Below, one piece after another: positions 40,366 through 54,073 of a stretch of DNA of 61,348 nt (its first letter is position 1; each line of letters opens with the position of its first letter). The position numbers were made by a program, and so were the translations under genes. Origin of the DNA: Patellaria atrata CBS 101060 (Eukaryota); assembly GCA_010093705.1 (NCBI GenBank), contig MU006111.1, positions 263,244-324,591 of the forward strand, read 5' to 3'. The notes under the pieces were generated by a model. That model was not told where the DNA came from and ran no database searches. It was given only the letters and a program-made list of their open reading frames with translations.

Positions 40366-42199
40366 AATATACTTTACTAGTTAATAGAATATATTATTTA
40401 ATAAGATATTTTACTAAGATTAATTAATATTTTTATATAATTATTCTATTATAATAAAATATATTTAAATAAAATTATACTTAAAAACTATTTAAAATAC
40501 TAGTATATTAATATTTTATATAGTTTTAAATATAGTAATTAAAATATATTAATATTATTTATTATTATATTTAATTAGTTTAATTTTAATCGATTTTTTA
40601 TTTTATATTTTTTAACTTTTTAACTATAAACTAAATTTATTAAATCTATAAAATTTCTTTATATATAATATATTTTCGGTAATATTATTATTTTTATTTT
40701 TAATATTAATTTTTTATATAAAGCTTTAAATTCTTCTTTATAAATATAATAATAGAATATATTACTATTTAATATTCTTTAATAAGTTAATTAATTATTT
40801 AGTTAATAAAACTTTATAATTAATATTAAAAAATATTTTATATAAACTTTATCTATTACTTTAACTAGATAATAGTATATAGTGTTTTTAAAGTTTATTA
40901 AAATATTTCTCTATTAACTATATTTAATAAAGTTAAAGTCTTTATAATTAAAAATAATAATATAATATATTTAAAATTATATAATATTAAATTTATAATA
41001 AGAAATTCACTTTTAATATTTTAATTTATAAAGATAAATAATTATATTTTAATATATATTATTAAAAAGTTTTCTTTATTAATATAATAAACTTTATAAT
41101 AAGTGAACTTTTAAATCTTATAATTATATATAATTTTTAAAGAAGAGTAATAGTTTATATTAAATAATTAAAAACGATATAATATATATAATAGTATATA
41201 AAGAATAATAATCTTATTTTTTATATAATATTAATTAAATTTAGATATTATATAGCTACTATAATTATTAAATATAAGTAAATAATAGATTCTCTTTATA
41301 TAAAACTTTATATAATTATTAAAATATTTAATTTATTTAAATTCTAACTTATTTATTATCTAATTATTATTATTAATAATAAATATTTAGTTATTAAATA
41401 GATTTTAATATTAGTTTAATTAATAAAGTTTTTTTAAAAAAATAATAAAAAATGAAATTATCTATTTAATAATATTAATATATTTAATTATTATTAATTA
41501 TTTATAATTATTTAATTATATAAGAATTATTTAGTCTATAATATTAAAGCTTATAATAATTTTTAATATTATAAATATATTTATTATAAATTTAATTTTA
41601 TTAAAATTATAATTATTTTTATCTAAAATATTATATTTCTAGTATATTTTATTTATATATTTATACTACTCGCGAAATATATCTTAATCTTTATATTTTA
41701 TATATTAAAAATAGAATTTTCTATTTTATTTTATTTATAAGTTTAATTAATTATTAATAAAATAATATATTTAATTCTTATTAATAAATATAAAAGAAAA
41801 ATTTTAACTATATATTATAAATAAATAATTTACTATTTATTATATATTAATAATATAAGGCGGAAATTTATATTAATTAAAATTTAAAATCTATTTTATA
41901 AATATTTATTATTTAAATAATTATAGCTTTTATTTTTATAAATTAAATATACTTTAAAATATTATATTATATATATAATAATAAAGAGTAAATTTTAGAA
42001 TATTATATAATTTAATAATCTTTTAAATATTTAAAATTCTATTTTCTTAAAATAATTTAATAGTAATAAATAATTTATTTTCTTATTAAAGCTTTTAAAG
42101 ATTTTATATTAATAATATTATTAATTTTATTAAAAATATAAAGTAATTTTAATAAAATATTCTATTAATTAATATATTCTATTAACTAGTAAAATATAT
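40366..42199 (-). mobile_element. Fot1/pogo element Q, complete (~1.83 kb), inserted just inside the P2 5' end
   Basis: TIR core TTTACTAGTTAATAGAATATATTA at ~40373 and its reverse complement at ~42170-42193. The minus strand de-RIPs to RLLILDGHSSHATPEFDQYC...MPPHTSHRLQPLDVSCYSPLK (~41135-41290). Ends are accurate to +/-3 bp. Confidence 0.88.
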
Positions 42200-42804
42200 T
42201 AATATAAAATTTTTTAATAATAATAAAATTATAAAATTTAATAAAAAGATTAAATAAAGTTTATATTTTAAATTTATAAGAAAGATTAAATTTAAAGTTT
42301 ATAATATATTATTATTATATATAATATATATCTATAAAAGCTTTAATAAAGATATAATTAAATTTTTATTTAAATTAATTATTAATTTAATTATTAGAAA
42401 TTTATTATAATAAAAAAATAAATAATTATTTAATATATTTTTAATTTTAATTTATAAGAATTTATATTTTAATTATATAAAATAGTAAATATAGTAAATA
42501 TAATAAATAAATTATTAAATATATAAAATAAAAAGTAAATAAATAAAAATTAATTTAAAAAATTTATAATATATTTAAATAAATTAAAAATAATTTTTAA
42601 TTAAATAAAAAATTATTAAAGAATATTTTAAAAAGATTTTAAAATAATTAATATATAATTTAAAATTATTAAAAAGATAAAAATTAAATATAATATTTAT
42701 AATAATAATAAATATAATTTTAATAAAATTAACTTTTAAATAAATATAATTAAATTAATAAAAATTATTATAAATATAAAAAAATATATAAAATTTAATC
42801 TTAT

Positions 42805-43434
42805 TATTATAATTATAAAATAAAAAAATAATATTATTAATAAAATAATAATATAAAATATTAAAATAAAATAATTAAAATAAAAATTATATAATAAAAT
42901 TAATAATTAAAGTATTTAAAGATATTAAATATTAAATATTATAAATAAAAAAATTATATAATAAGATTAATAATTAAAATATTTAAAGATATTAAATATT
43001 AAATAATATAAATAAAAAGATTATATAATAAAATTAATAATTAAAATATTTAAAGATATTAAATATAAAATAATATAAATAATATTAAATTAATTATAAA
43101 AAATAAAAATATTTAAAAATTATTTTTCTTTTATATATTTAAATTTTTTATAATTATTTTTACTATTAATTTTATTTATAAATTTAGATATTATAGTTTT
43201 AAATTTAACTTTATTTATTATATTATTTATATATAATATATTTTATTTTATTATAAATATTATTTAAAATTAAGAAATTAAGAAATTATATTATTAATTT
43301 AAAATATCTTTATTATATATATTTTATTATTTTATTAAATTTATCTTAATAGTTAATTATATTAAATAAAAAGTTAAATATATTTTTAAATTTATTTAAT
43401 TTTATTTTAATAAATATAAACTTTAAATATAATA
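42805..43434 (+). mobile_element. Family-C variant solo LTR (630 bp, 67-bp x3 internal repeat) in the P2 transposase
   Basis: The 3' ~350 bp matches the other C LTRs; TSD CTTAT/TTTAT; it interrupts the inferred RPDL|IQPGDREW. Confidence 0.85.
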
Positions 43435-46318
43435 TTTATTTAATTAAATAATTAAAAATAAATTATAATTATTTAAAATATTTATATTATAAAATATATA
43501 ATTTTATTTTTTATTATTTATAAAGATTATATTTATATCTTTATATAATATAAGAAAATAAATATATTATATAATTAAAAGATTTTAATCTTTAAAAATA
43601 ATTAAATAAATAATATATTTAATTTTAAATAATTAAAGTATTTTAATATATATATAAAAGCGTATATAATAAAGATATATTAATTATTTATTCTTAATAA
43701 TTATAAAAATTATCTTAATTAAAATTCTTAAGAATTATTATTTTAAGAATAAAATTTTAATATTTTATATATTTTTTTATTTATTATATATACTTTAATT
43801 ATTTAATATAATTTACTTTTTATTATTAAAATATAAATACTTTTAATATATTTAAGATTTAATATATTTATATATCTTTTATATTAATAAAAAGAATTTT
43901 CTATTAATTTTTAAAAATATATTTTTTAATATATTTATAAAAGAGAATTATTATAAAATTTTTAAAATATTAAATTTTATCTTTATTAATATATAAATAA
44001 TATTAAATTATTTTAAAATATATTTATATATTTTATTAAAATCTTTATTATTATAAATATTATAATAATTAAAAATTTTAAATAATATATTTAAATTATA
44101 ATTATAATTAAAATTTATATAAAATTTTATTATTAAATTATTTATTATAATTTAATTTAAATTTATATAATTTATAAAAGAGATTTAATTAATAATATAT
44201 AAAAATATATTTATAAATATTTATATTATTAAATTTAAAAAATAATTAATAATAATAATTAAAAGAAAAATATATAAATAAAAATAGATTTAATATAATA
44301 ATATAATAAAATATAATAAAGTATTAATAAAAGTAATTATTAAAATATTTATAATATTTATAATATTTAAAAAAGATTTAAAAGAATAATAATTATAAAA
44401 TAAATTAATTAATTATATAATATTATAGAAATTATAAAGAAATTAAATATAATACTTAAATATATAAAAAGAATTTAGAAAAGAATTTTAAATTTAATAT
44501 AAATATAAATTATATAGATTTTTTATTTAATAATAATTAATTTAATATTTTTTATAATAAATTATTTATATTAAGAAATTCTATAATATTTAATAATATA
44601 TAATATTTAATAATATTTTATATTAATTAATTAATATTAATATAAATTAATTAAAATTAAATTAACTATATTATAATAAAAAATATAAGAATTTTAAAAA
44701 TTAAAAATAATAAATTTAATAAATTTTTTAATTTATTTATATTAGTTAATAATAAAAATTTAATTTATTAAATATAAAAAAATTTATTAATAAATAAATT
44801 TAAATATAATATTAATTAATATTTAATAAATAAAAAATAAATAATATATATTAAAATAAAAATAATTAATTAATTAATTAATTAATTAATTAAATATATT
44901 TATATTTAAAGTTAAAAATAGAAAATAATAAAATTTATTATATTTAAAAATTTATTTAAATTTATTTACTAAATTTTAAAAAACTTTAATAAATATTTTA
45001 AAATTAAAGATAAATTAAAAAAGTTAAATTAAAATTATTTAATAAATTTTATAAAATTTTAATTAAATTTTAATTTTTTAATTATAAATATTAAATTATC
45101 TAAAAATTAATAAAAAGAAAAAATTATAAAAAAATTATATAATTTTTTATAATTTTTTATAATATTAAATATAGTAAATAATAATATAAAATATTATAAA
45201 ATATAATATATTATTAAATATTATAGAATTTTTTAATATAAATAATTTATTATAAAAAATATTAAATTAATTATTATTAAATAGAGAATTTATATAATTT
45301 ATATTAATATTAAATTTAAAAGTCTTTTTTAAATTCTTTTTATATATTTAAATATTATATTTAATCTTTTTATAGTTTTTATATTATTATATAAATAATT
45401 AAATTATTTTATAATTATTATTATTTTAAGTTTTCTTTAATTATTAAAATATTATAAATATTTTAATTATTATCTTTATTAATATTTTATTATACTTTAT
45501 TATATTATTATATTAAATTTATTTTTATTTACGCGTTTTTCTTTTAATTATTATTATTAACTACTTTTTAAATTTAATAATATAAATATTTATAAATATA
45601 TTTTTATATATTATGAATTTAATTTCTTTTATAAATTATATAAATTTAAATTAAATTATAATAAATAATTTAATAATAAAATTCTATATAAATTTTAATT
45701 ATAATTTAAATTTAAATATATTATTTAAAATCTTTAATTATTATAATATTTATAATAATATAAATTTTAATAAAATATATAAATATATTTTAAGATAATT
45801 TAATATTATTTATAAATTAATAAAAATAAAACTTAATATTTTAAAAACTTTATAATAGTTTTTTTTATAAATATATTAAAAAATATATTTTTAAAAATTA
45901 ATAAGAAAATCTTTTTATTAATATAAAAAATATACTAATATATTAAATTTTAAATATATTAGAAATATTTATACTTTAATAATAAAAAATAAATTATATT
46001 AAATAATTAAAATATATATAATAAATAAAAAGATATATAAAATTTTAAAATTTTATTCTTTAAATAATAATCTTTAAAATTTTAGTTAAAATAACTTTTA
46101 TAATTATTAAAAATAAATAGTTAATATTCTTTTATAAAATATTTTTTTATATATATATTAAAATACTTTAATTATTTAAAAATAAATATATTATTTATTT
46201 AATTATTTTTAAAGATTAAAATCTTTTAATTATATAATATATTTATCTTTTTATATTATATAAAAATATAAATATAGTTTTTATAAATAATAAAGAGTAA
46301 AATTATATATTTTATAAT

Positions 46319-49300
46319 TATAATAATATTATAAATTATTATTTTTTATTTTCCCTTATTAATAATAGTCGTGTTAAGATTTTACTATTATATATTTAAT
46401 ATTAATAGATTATATAATTATAACTTCTTCTTTTCTTAATTTAATCTTTTTATATTATAGTTAAATTATATTAGTTATAATTTAATTTAATTCTTTATAA
46501 TTATTATATTATTATATTAGATTAAGTTCTATTATTATAATCTTAAAAAGATAATATAATATTTTAATCTAGTATTTAAAAATATTTAAACTAAAGACTA
46601 TAAATTTATTTAGCACCTAAAAGTATTAGAATTAATAATAATAAGAAAAATCTAGTACTTAAAAATATTAAAATTAAAGACTATAAGTTTATCTAGTATT
46701 TAAAAGTATTAAGATCGATAATAATAAGAGAAATCTAATATTTAAAAGTATTAAGATTAAAGATTATAAGTTTATTTAATATTTAAAAGTATTAAAATCG
46801 ATAATAAGTAAATTATTATAAGATAATTAAATTATTAAAAATAATAATACGGGAAAATATTATAAAAGATACTAGATTTATAAATTATTTTACTATAAAA
46901 TATAATATTAGATTAAAAGAGAAAAGTATTAAATATAATTAATACTTTTTAAAAATCGCGTTAGTTAGTATATTAATTATAAAGAAAATACTTAAGAAAA
47001 ACCTTTAAGATATATTATAATAATATAAAAATAAATATAAGCGATAGAAGTTAAAATATAAAATTATTTTAAATTAAGAATATATTAATAATATTAAAGA
47101 TATTAAATAAATATTATAAAATAACTTAAATAATTTTATAGAAAAATATTTATAAAATCTATTATAATTAGTAATTTATAAGAAGTAAATAAAAATATTA
47201 ACTAAAATAATTAGATAATACTATAAAAAGATAATATAAAAGATAACTATATATAAAGCTAATAAAAAGATTATAAAAAATCTTTAAAATAAAAATTAAA
47301 TCTTATATAATTAACTAATATAAATATAGATTAACTAAAATTAAATTAACTATACTATAATAGAAGATATAATAGGAAACACGAGAATCTTAAAAAATAA
47401 AAGCGATAAATTAAATAAGTTTTCTAATTTATTTATATTAATTAATAATAAGAATTTAACTTACTAAATATAAAAAAGCTAGTTAATAGATAAACTTAAA
47501 TATAATATTAATTAATATCTAATAAATAGAGATTAGATAGTATATATTAAGATAAAAATAGATAAATAGTTAATTAATTAAATATATCTATATTTAAAAT
47601 TAAAAACGAAAGATAATAAAACTATTATATTTAAGAATTTATTTAAGTTTATTTACTAAATTTATAAAAACCTTAATAAATGTCTTAAGACTAAAAATAA
47701 GCTAAAAAAATTAAATTAAAACTATTTAATAAATTTTATAAAATTCTAATTAAACTTTATTTATTTAATTATAAAGATTAAATTATCTAAAGATTAATAG
47801 AAAGAAAAGATTTATAAAAAGCTATATAATTCTTTATAATAGATTATAATATTAGATATAATAAATAATAATATTAGTTTTAAAGAGTTCTATTAATAAG
47901 TAACGCTTTAAATATAAAGTTTAAAGAAGTAGAGCTAAAAGTTAAAAAAGCGATAAAAGAAGTAATAGAAATATAAAATTATTAGAGTAACTTTAAATAT
48001 TATAATAATAAGTAAAACTATAATTTAATAATTAAATAAAGTTTTAAGTATAACTATTTCTTTATAATAATTAATAGACTAGAATATTATAATAATTTAA
48101 AAGTTTATAGAAAATTACTTTAACTATAATAAGCTAGAGTACCGATTAGTTAATTACTAAGTATAAAGAAAGATAATCGAGGTTAAATTAGTTTAAATAG
48201 AGTAAAATAAATTAGACTAGAAATTAGAATCGGAAAATAAGAAACTTTAAATAAAGACTTTACTTTAAAATTATTAATAAGAGTATTAAAAGCACTAATA
48301 AATAATTTAATTATAAAGAAACTTTTCACTATATTATATTAAATATTAAGAAATAGAATTATAATATAATTTAGAGTCTTAATTAATATAAAAGTTTAAA
48401 AGTATATTTTTTTAAATAGAAAGTAATTATTTATATTAAAATAATAACTAAATATTAAGTTAAAGAAGATATTATATATTAATATAAAGAGTTTTAATAG
48501 CTTAATAATAGAATTAATTAACGAGATAGTTAAAGCTAATCTCGTACTTATTAATAGATAATAGAAAACCCTTATTTTAATAATTAATATAGACTATACT
48601 AATATATTAATTAGAAGAGAATAATTCTTAAAAATAGATAGTTTATTAAATTATAAATATAATATAATCTTCTAGCTACTATAAGTTATAGCGATTAAGA
48701 ACTAGTAATAAGATATTATAATATTAAAGAGAGAATTATAGACTATAATAAATCTAGTCTATTAAGTCGATATAAAATAAAGAGATAAAGTATTCGATAA
48801 ATAAAAGATATAATATTTAAAGGCTAAAACTAGATAAAAGAAAAAGTCTATACTATTTAAATAGAAATAACCGAGATTATAAAGATAAGAACTAAATTTA
48901 AATATATAAAAAATAAAGATAAAGCTATTAAATATAATAGAAAAAGAGACTTTAAAGCTTTTAAAAAAATTGAAAATAAGTTAATATATTAATATATTTA
49001 GAATAAAGTTAAATATTTATATAGTTAATATTAAAGATTATCTATAAAATACTTAAAGATTAAATATAATTATTAGAGCTATAAGTTTATACGAGATTAA
49101 TTCTTTAATTTAAGATAAATTTAAAAAAGACGAAAATCTATTACTAAATAATAAGGAAAGACTTAAAATAATAATATTAAAAAAGCTATTTATAAAGTAT
49201 TATTATCTCTTTTATATATTCTTAAAATATATATTAGATTAACTATCTTCTTATTAAGAGAAAATTAACTATAATATTATATTAAAGTAAGATAATAATC

Positions 49301-52300
49301 TAGTAATAAGCTTATTATATAATATATTAATCGAGTATCTTTAATTAATAAAAGATTATCTAAAAAAGTATCTTTAAAAAGAGTTTATTAAGTTAAGCGA
49401 GATATTATATATATCTTTAATATTATTCGTTAAGAAGTCGAGTAATAGTTAAAGATTTTATATAAATTATCGAAAATTTAATAGTATTATTAAGAAAGAT
49501 AAGTATTTATTACTATTTATAAAAAAGATATTAGCCCGGCTATAATATATAAAGATATTCACGAAATTTAATATATAATAAATATTTTATTAAATATAAA
49601 TAATAGAGTTAACTAAAAATTTTACTATATTTTAAACCTAGTATAGTTTCTTTAAATATAAGATATTATTATTTAATTTATATAATAGCCCCGCCTCTTT
49701 TTAATAGTTTATTAATAAGACTCTCTTTAAATATTTAAATAACTTTTATATAATCTATATAGATAATATTTTAGTCTATTCTATATATTTAATAAAGTAT
49801 AGAATATACGTTATTAAAATATTAAAAGTATTAGCTAAAGCTAATCTATAAGTTAATATTAAGAAAAATAAGTTTTATATAATTAAAATAAGATTTCTTA
49901 AATTTATTATTAATATAGATAACTTAGTTATAAATTTAGAGAAAATAAAAATAGTCTAAAATTAATAATTATTAATAAATATTAAAAGTATATAATCTTT
50001 TATTAAATTTTATAACTTTTATTAAAAGTTCTTTAATAAGTTTAAATAAGTAATATAACTATTAATAAACTATATTAAGAAAGGAGTATCTTAATAGTTA
50101 TTTAAGTTAAAAGAATATAAAGTTTTTAAAAAAGTAAAATAATTAATATTATTAGATTAAGTAATAACGTATTATAATTCTTTACTAGAAATTAAGGTTA
50201 AATTAAACTATAATAATAAAGTAATAATTATAGCTATTTTATAGAAATATAATAATAAGTGAAAGTTTATCGCCTTCTAAATTAAAATACTTATAAAGTT
50301 TAAATTAAAATATAAGATTTATAATAAAGAGATACTTATTATTATAAAAATATTAACTAAATAGAAAAGTATATTAATAAAATTATAGTAAATACTTTTT
50401 ATTATTATTATTAACTATTAAGCTTTAGAGTATTTTATAATAAAATAGTTACTTAATATATAATAAATTTATTAAAGCGAGATTTTAGTCGATTTTCACT
50501 TCTAAATTAAATATTAATCTAAAGTAGAGAATATAATCGCTAATATTTTATCTCGAAAATAGAAAAATCTTAAGATAGCTAAAAAGAAAGATATCGCTAT
50601 ATAAATTTAAGTACTATTTTACCCGTAAATAGTAATAACTATAAGCTATCTCTTTACGAGATTTAATTAAACTTATATTTATACTTTTATTATATCTAAG
50701 AATATCTTAGTTAAGCTTTTAATATCTTCTATTATAATAATAAAATCGATAAAATATATATTTAAAAAGAAGAAGGATATAATTAAGTTAACTATATTAA
50801 ATTAAAGTTAAGTAAATATTATATCTAATTTACTTTAGTCCGGCCCGGGAAATTATAGAACTAGAAAAGAGGAAAGAAGAGAACCTAAAATTATTATAAA
50901 TTAGTTAGAATCTAGTATAAAGAAGAGCGATTTTAAATTATATAAATAATTAGCTCTAAAGTTTTAAAAAGCGTTAATAAAGCGATTATTATTAATTAAA
51001 CTTATTAATAAGATTATTTAAGAGAATAGAATATATAAATTATTAACCCCTTTTTAGAAGTAAGTTAAAATAAGAGAAAAGTATTAAAATATTTATAAAG
51101 GCTTATTACTATAATTTAACCGGTTAATAATATTAAATATTAATAACCTTTATATATATCTACTTTAAAATATTTATAATACCCTAATAATCGAGTATTT
51201 AAAAGTATAGAAAATAAAAGATCTAGTTAAAGATTAATACTATTAGCTAAGTCTAATAACTAATATAGAGAAATATATACGAAACTATTATATATATTAT
51301 CGGATATATATATTAAGAGATAAAGCTCTAGGCTTACTAAAATCTTTACTAATCGAGGATAGATATTAATAATATATAATATTCGATTTTAAGTTATTTC
51401 TAAAAAATAAATATAAATTTAAGATAATCTTTATTATTATTAATAGATTTAGAAAACGAATTATCTTTATATCTTATAAACGAGATATATCTGTTAAATT
51501 AATAGCTAAACTATATTATAAATATATATAAAGAATATATAATATATTTAAAATAATAATATTTAATTAAAGACTCTAATTTATCTTAATATTTATAAAT
51601 AAGTTATATAAACTAATAAGAGTTAAATAGAAGTTATCTATAGTATATTACTTCTAAATAAATAATAGTATAGAGATTATAAATTAATATATCGACTTAA
51701 GATTATATCTCTTTATAAATTACTATTAAGATAATTAATTAAAATTAATATTAATTATAGACTTCGTCTAGATAATATTAACCTATAAATTAATAGGTAT
51801 CTTACTATATAAATTAGAATTTAAATATAAACTATAAATATACTTTAATTAATATAAGCGTATTAACCTAGATAGTTATAAGACTATTAAAGATTATATA
51901 AATTAAAAAGAGATATAATAGTTTATTAAATAAACTTATAATATTATTAAATAGATTAAAGAGAACTTAGTTTAAATATAAATAATATAAACTAAAGTAA
52001 TTAATAAGTATTATTAAAAGCTAAACTTTAAGTTAAGCGACTATATTTTTATTACTTAGAAGGGCTAGACTTTAAATAAACTAAATATTAAACTAAACTA
52101 TTAAAACACCGAATTATATAAAATTATTAGTATAAAAAGATACTCTTATATAGTAGATTTACTATCTAATATAAAGATATTAAATATATTCTATATAGAT
52201 AAATTAAAAAAGGCTATTATAGATTTATTTCTAAGTTAATAGCTAAAATTATTCTTACTAATTAAAATTAATAGAGAACTAGAGTATAAAGTCGATAAAA

Positions 52301-52849
52301 TATTAGCTAGCTATATCGTATAGGGTTAACTATAATATAAAGTAAACTAGATAGATTATAACCTTAATAATATATAATATTTAATCTTAAATTTTATTAA
52401 AGTCCTATATAAGATAAAGAAGTTTTATAATAAAAGATTATTAAATATTAAATCTTTAATTCAATTAAATATATAGTTTAAAGTCTATTAAATTAATAAT
52501 TATAAACTAGAATTATATTTAAATAATAATAAAGTTAAGAAAAAAGATCTAACTTAAATTTAAAGATATTAAAAGTAAGTATAAATAAGATAAATATTAT
52601 TATAAAAATTTATAATTAGTTAGCGATTTCTACTTTTAAAGAGAGAAATAATATAATAATATTATAGATTATTATTTCCTATTTTCCCTTATTAATAGTA
52701 ATCGCGTCGAGATTCTATCGCTATATATTTAATATTAATAAATTATATAATTATAACTTCTTTTTTTCTTAATTTAATCTCTTTATATTATAGTTAAATT
52801 ATATTAGTTATAATTAAATTCGATTCTTTATAACCGCTATATTATTATA
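46319..52849 (+). mobile_element. Ty3/Gypsy chromovirus A3, full length (6531 bp)
   Basis: 198-bp LTRs at 46319-46516 and 52652-52849; TSD ATAAT; same length as A1 and colinear with A2. Confidence 0.95.
46568..46807 (+). repeat. 83-bp tandem repeat (~2.9 units) in the family-A 5' leader
   Basis: Units start at 46568, 46651 and 46734; same array in A1 (~19570-19810); one unit fewer in A2 (~24285-24440). Confidence 0.8.
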
Positions 52850-53017
52850 ATAATATAAATATTTTAAATAATTATAATTTACTTTTAATTATTTAATTAA
52901 ATAAGATTAAATCTTATATATCTTTTTATATTTATAATAACTTTTATTAATTTAATTATATTTATTTAGATAATATTAATTAATCTTAAATTATAATATA
53001 TTTAATTATTAAAAATA

Positions 53018-54073
53018 ATATAAAATATTATTAAATATTATATTTTATTAAATATTATAGAATTTCTTAATATAAATAATTTATTATAAAAAATATTAAA
53101 TTAATTATTATTAAATAAAGAATTTATATTATTTATATTTATATTAAATTTAGAAATTTCTTTTAAATTCTTTTTATATATTTAAATATTATATTTAATT
53201 CTTTTATAATTTTTATAATACTTTTTAACTAGTTAAATTATTTTATAATTATTATTATTTTAAATCTTTATTAATTATTAAAATATTATAAATATTTTAA
53301 TAATTATTTTTATTAATATCTTATTATATTTTATTATATTATTATTTTAAATTCGCTTTTATTTATATATTTTTCTTTTAATTATTATTATTAATTACTT
53401 TTTAAATTTAATAATATAAATATTTATAAATATATTTTTATATATTATTAATTTAACTTTTTTTTATAAATTATATAAGTTTAAATTAAATTATAATAAA
53501 TAATTAATAATAAAATTTTATATAAACTTTAATTATAATTTAAATTTAAATATATTATTTAAAGTTTTTAATTATTATAATATTTATAATAATAGAAATA
53601 TTAATAGAATATATAAATATATTTTAAGATAATTTAGTATTATTTATATATTAATAAAAATAAAATTTAATATTTTAAAAATTTTATAATAATTCTTTTT
53701 TATAAATATATTAAAAAATATATCTTTAAAAATTAATAAAAAGCTCTTTTTATTAATATAAAAGATATATTAATATATTAAATTTTAAATATATTAAAAG
53801 TACTTATATTTTAATAATAAAAAATAGATTATATTAAATAATTAAAATATATATAATAAATAAAAAAGTATATAAAATATTAAAATTTTATTTTTTAAAT
53901 AATAATTCTTAAAATTCTAGTTAAAATAACTTTTATAATTATTAAAAATAAATAGTTAATATATCTTTATTATATATATTTTTATATATATATTAAAGTA
54001 TTTTAACTATTTAAGATTAAATATATTATTTATTTAATTATTTTTAAAGATTAAAATCTTTTAATTATATAAT
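53018..54073 (-). mobile_element. Fot1/pogo element P4 (3' part), nested in P3 and cut by C3
   Basis: Direct repeat of 45184-46238 beginning TA|ATATAAAATATT. Confidence 0.85.

Larger units (their letters stand above)
40259..44623 (+). mobile_element. Fot1/pogo (Tc1/mariner superfamily) element P2, complete (~1.9 kb net), containing Q and a C solo LTR
   Basis: TIRs ATATAAAATATTATTAAATATTATA... (inferred ACGT start) with 17-bp internal repeats; TA TSD. De-RIP DDE motifs YNFDETGFQMGVIGSMKVV (~42713), NGWTNN, LLILDGHESH (~43684) and MPPHSSHILQPLDV (~43770). Confidence 0.88.
40110..45183 (+). mobile_element. Old family-A gag fragment A4 (40110-40258 + 44626-45183), split by P2 and cut by P3
   Basis: Both pieces align contiguously to A3 ~47160-47870 once P2 and one TA are removed. 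Confidence 0.8.
45184..53017 (-). mobile_element. Fot1/pogo element P3 (45184-46318 + 52855-53017), split by A3 and cut by P4
   Basis: Reverse complement of the P2 3' part; TIR preceded by TA; continuous across A3. Confidence 0.85.

Noticed and set aside
44862..44893. (TAAT)n microsatellite
   Set aside because: It aligns at similar length to family-A gag and is best explained by mutational erosion.
43435..46318. A single foldback or palindromic element
   Set aside because: The arms are the 3' parts of two separate pogo copies and the spacer is family-A gag.
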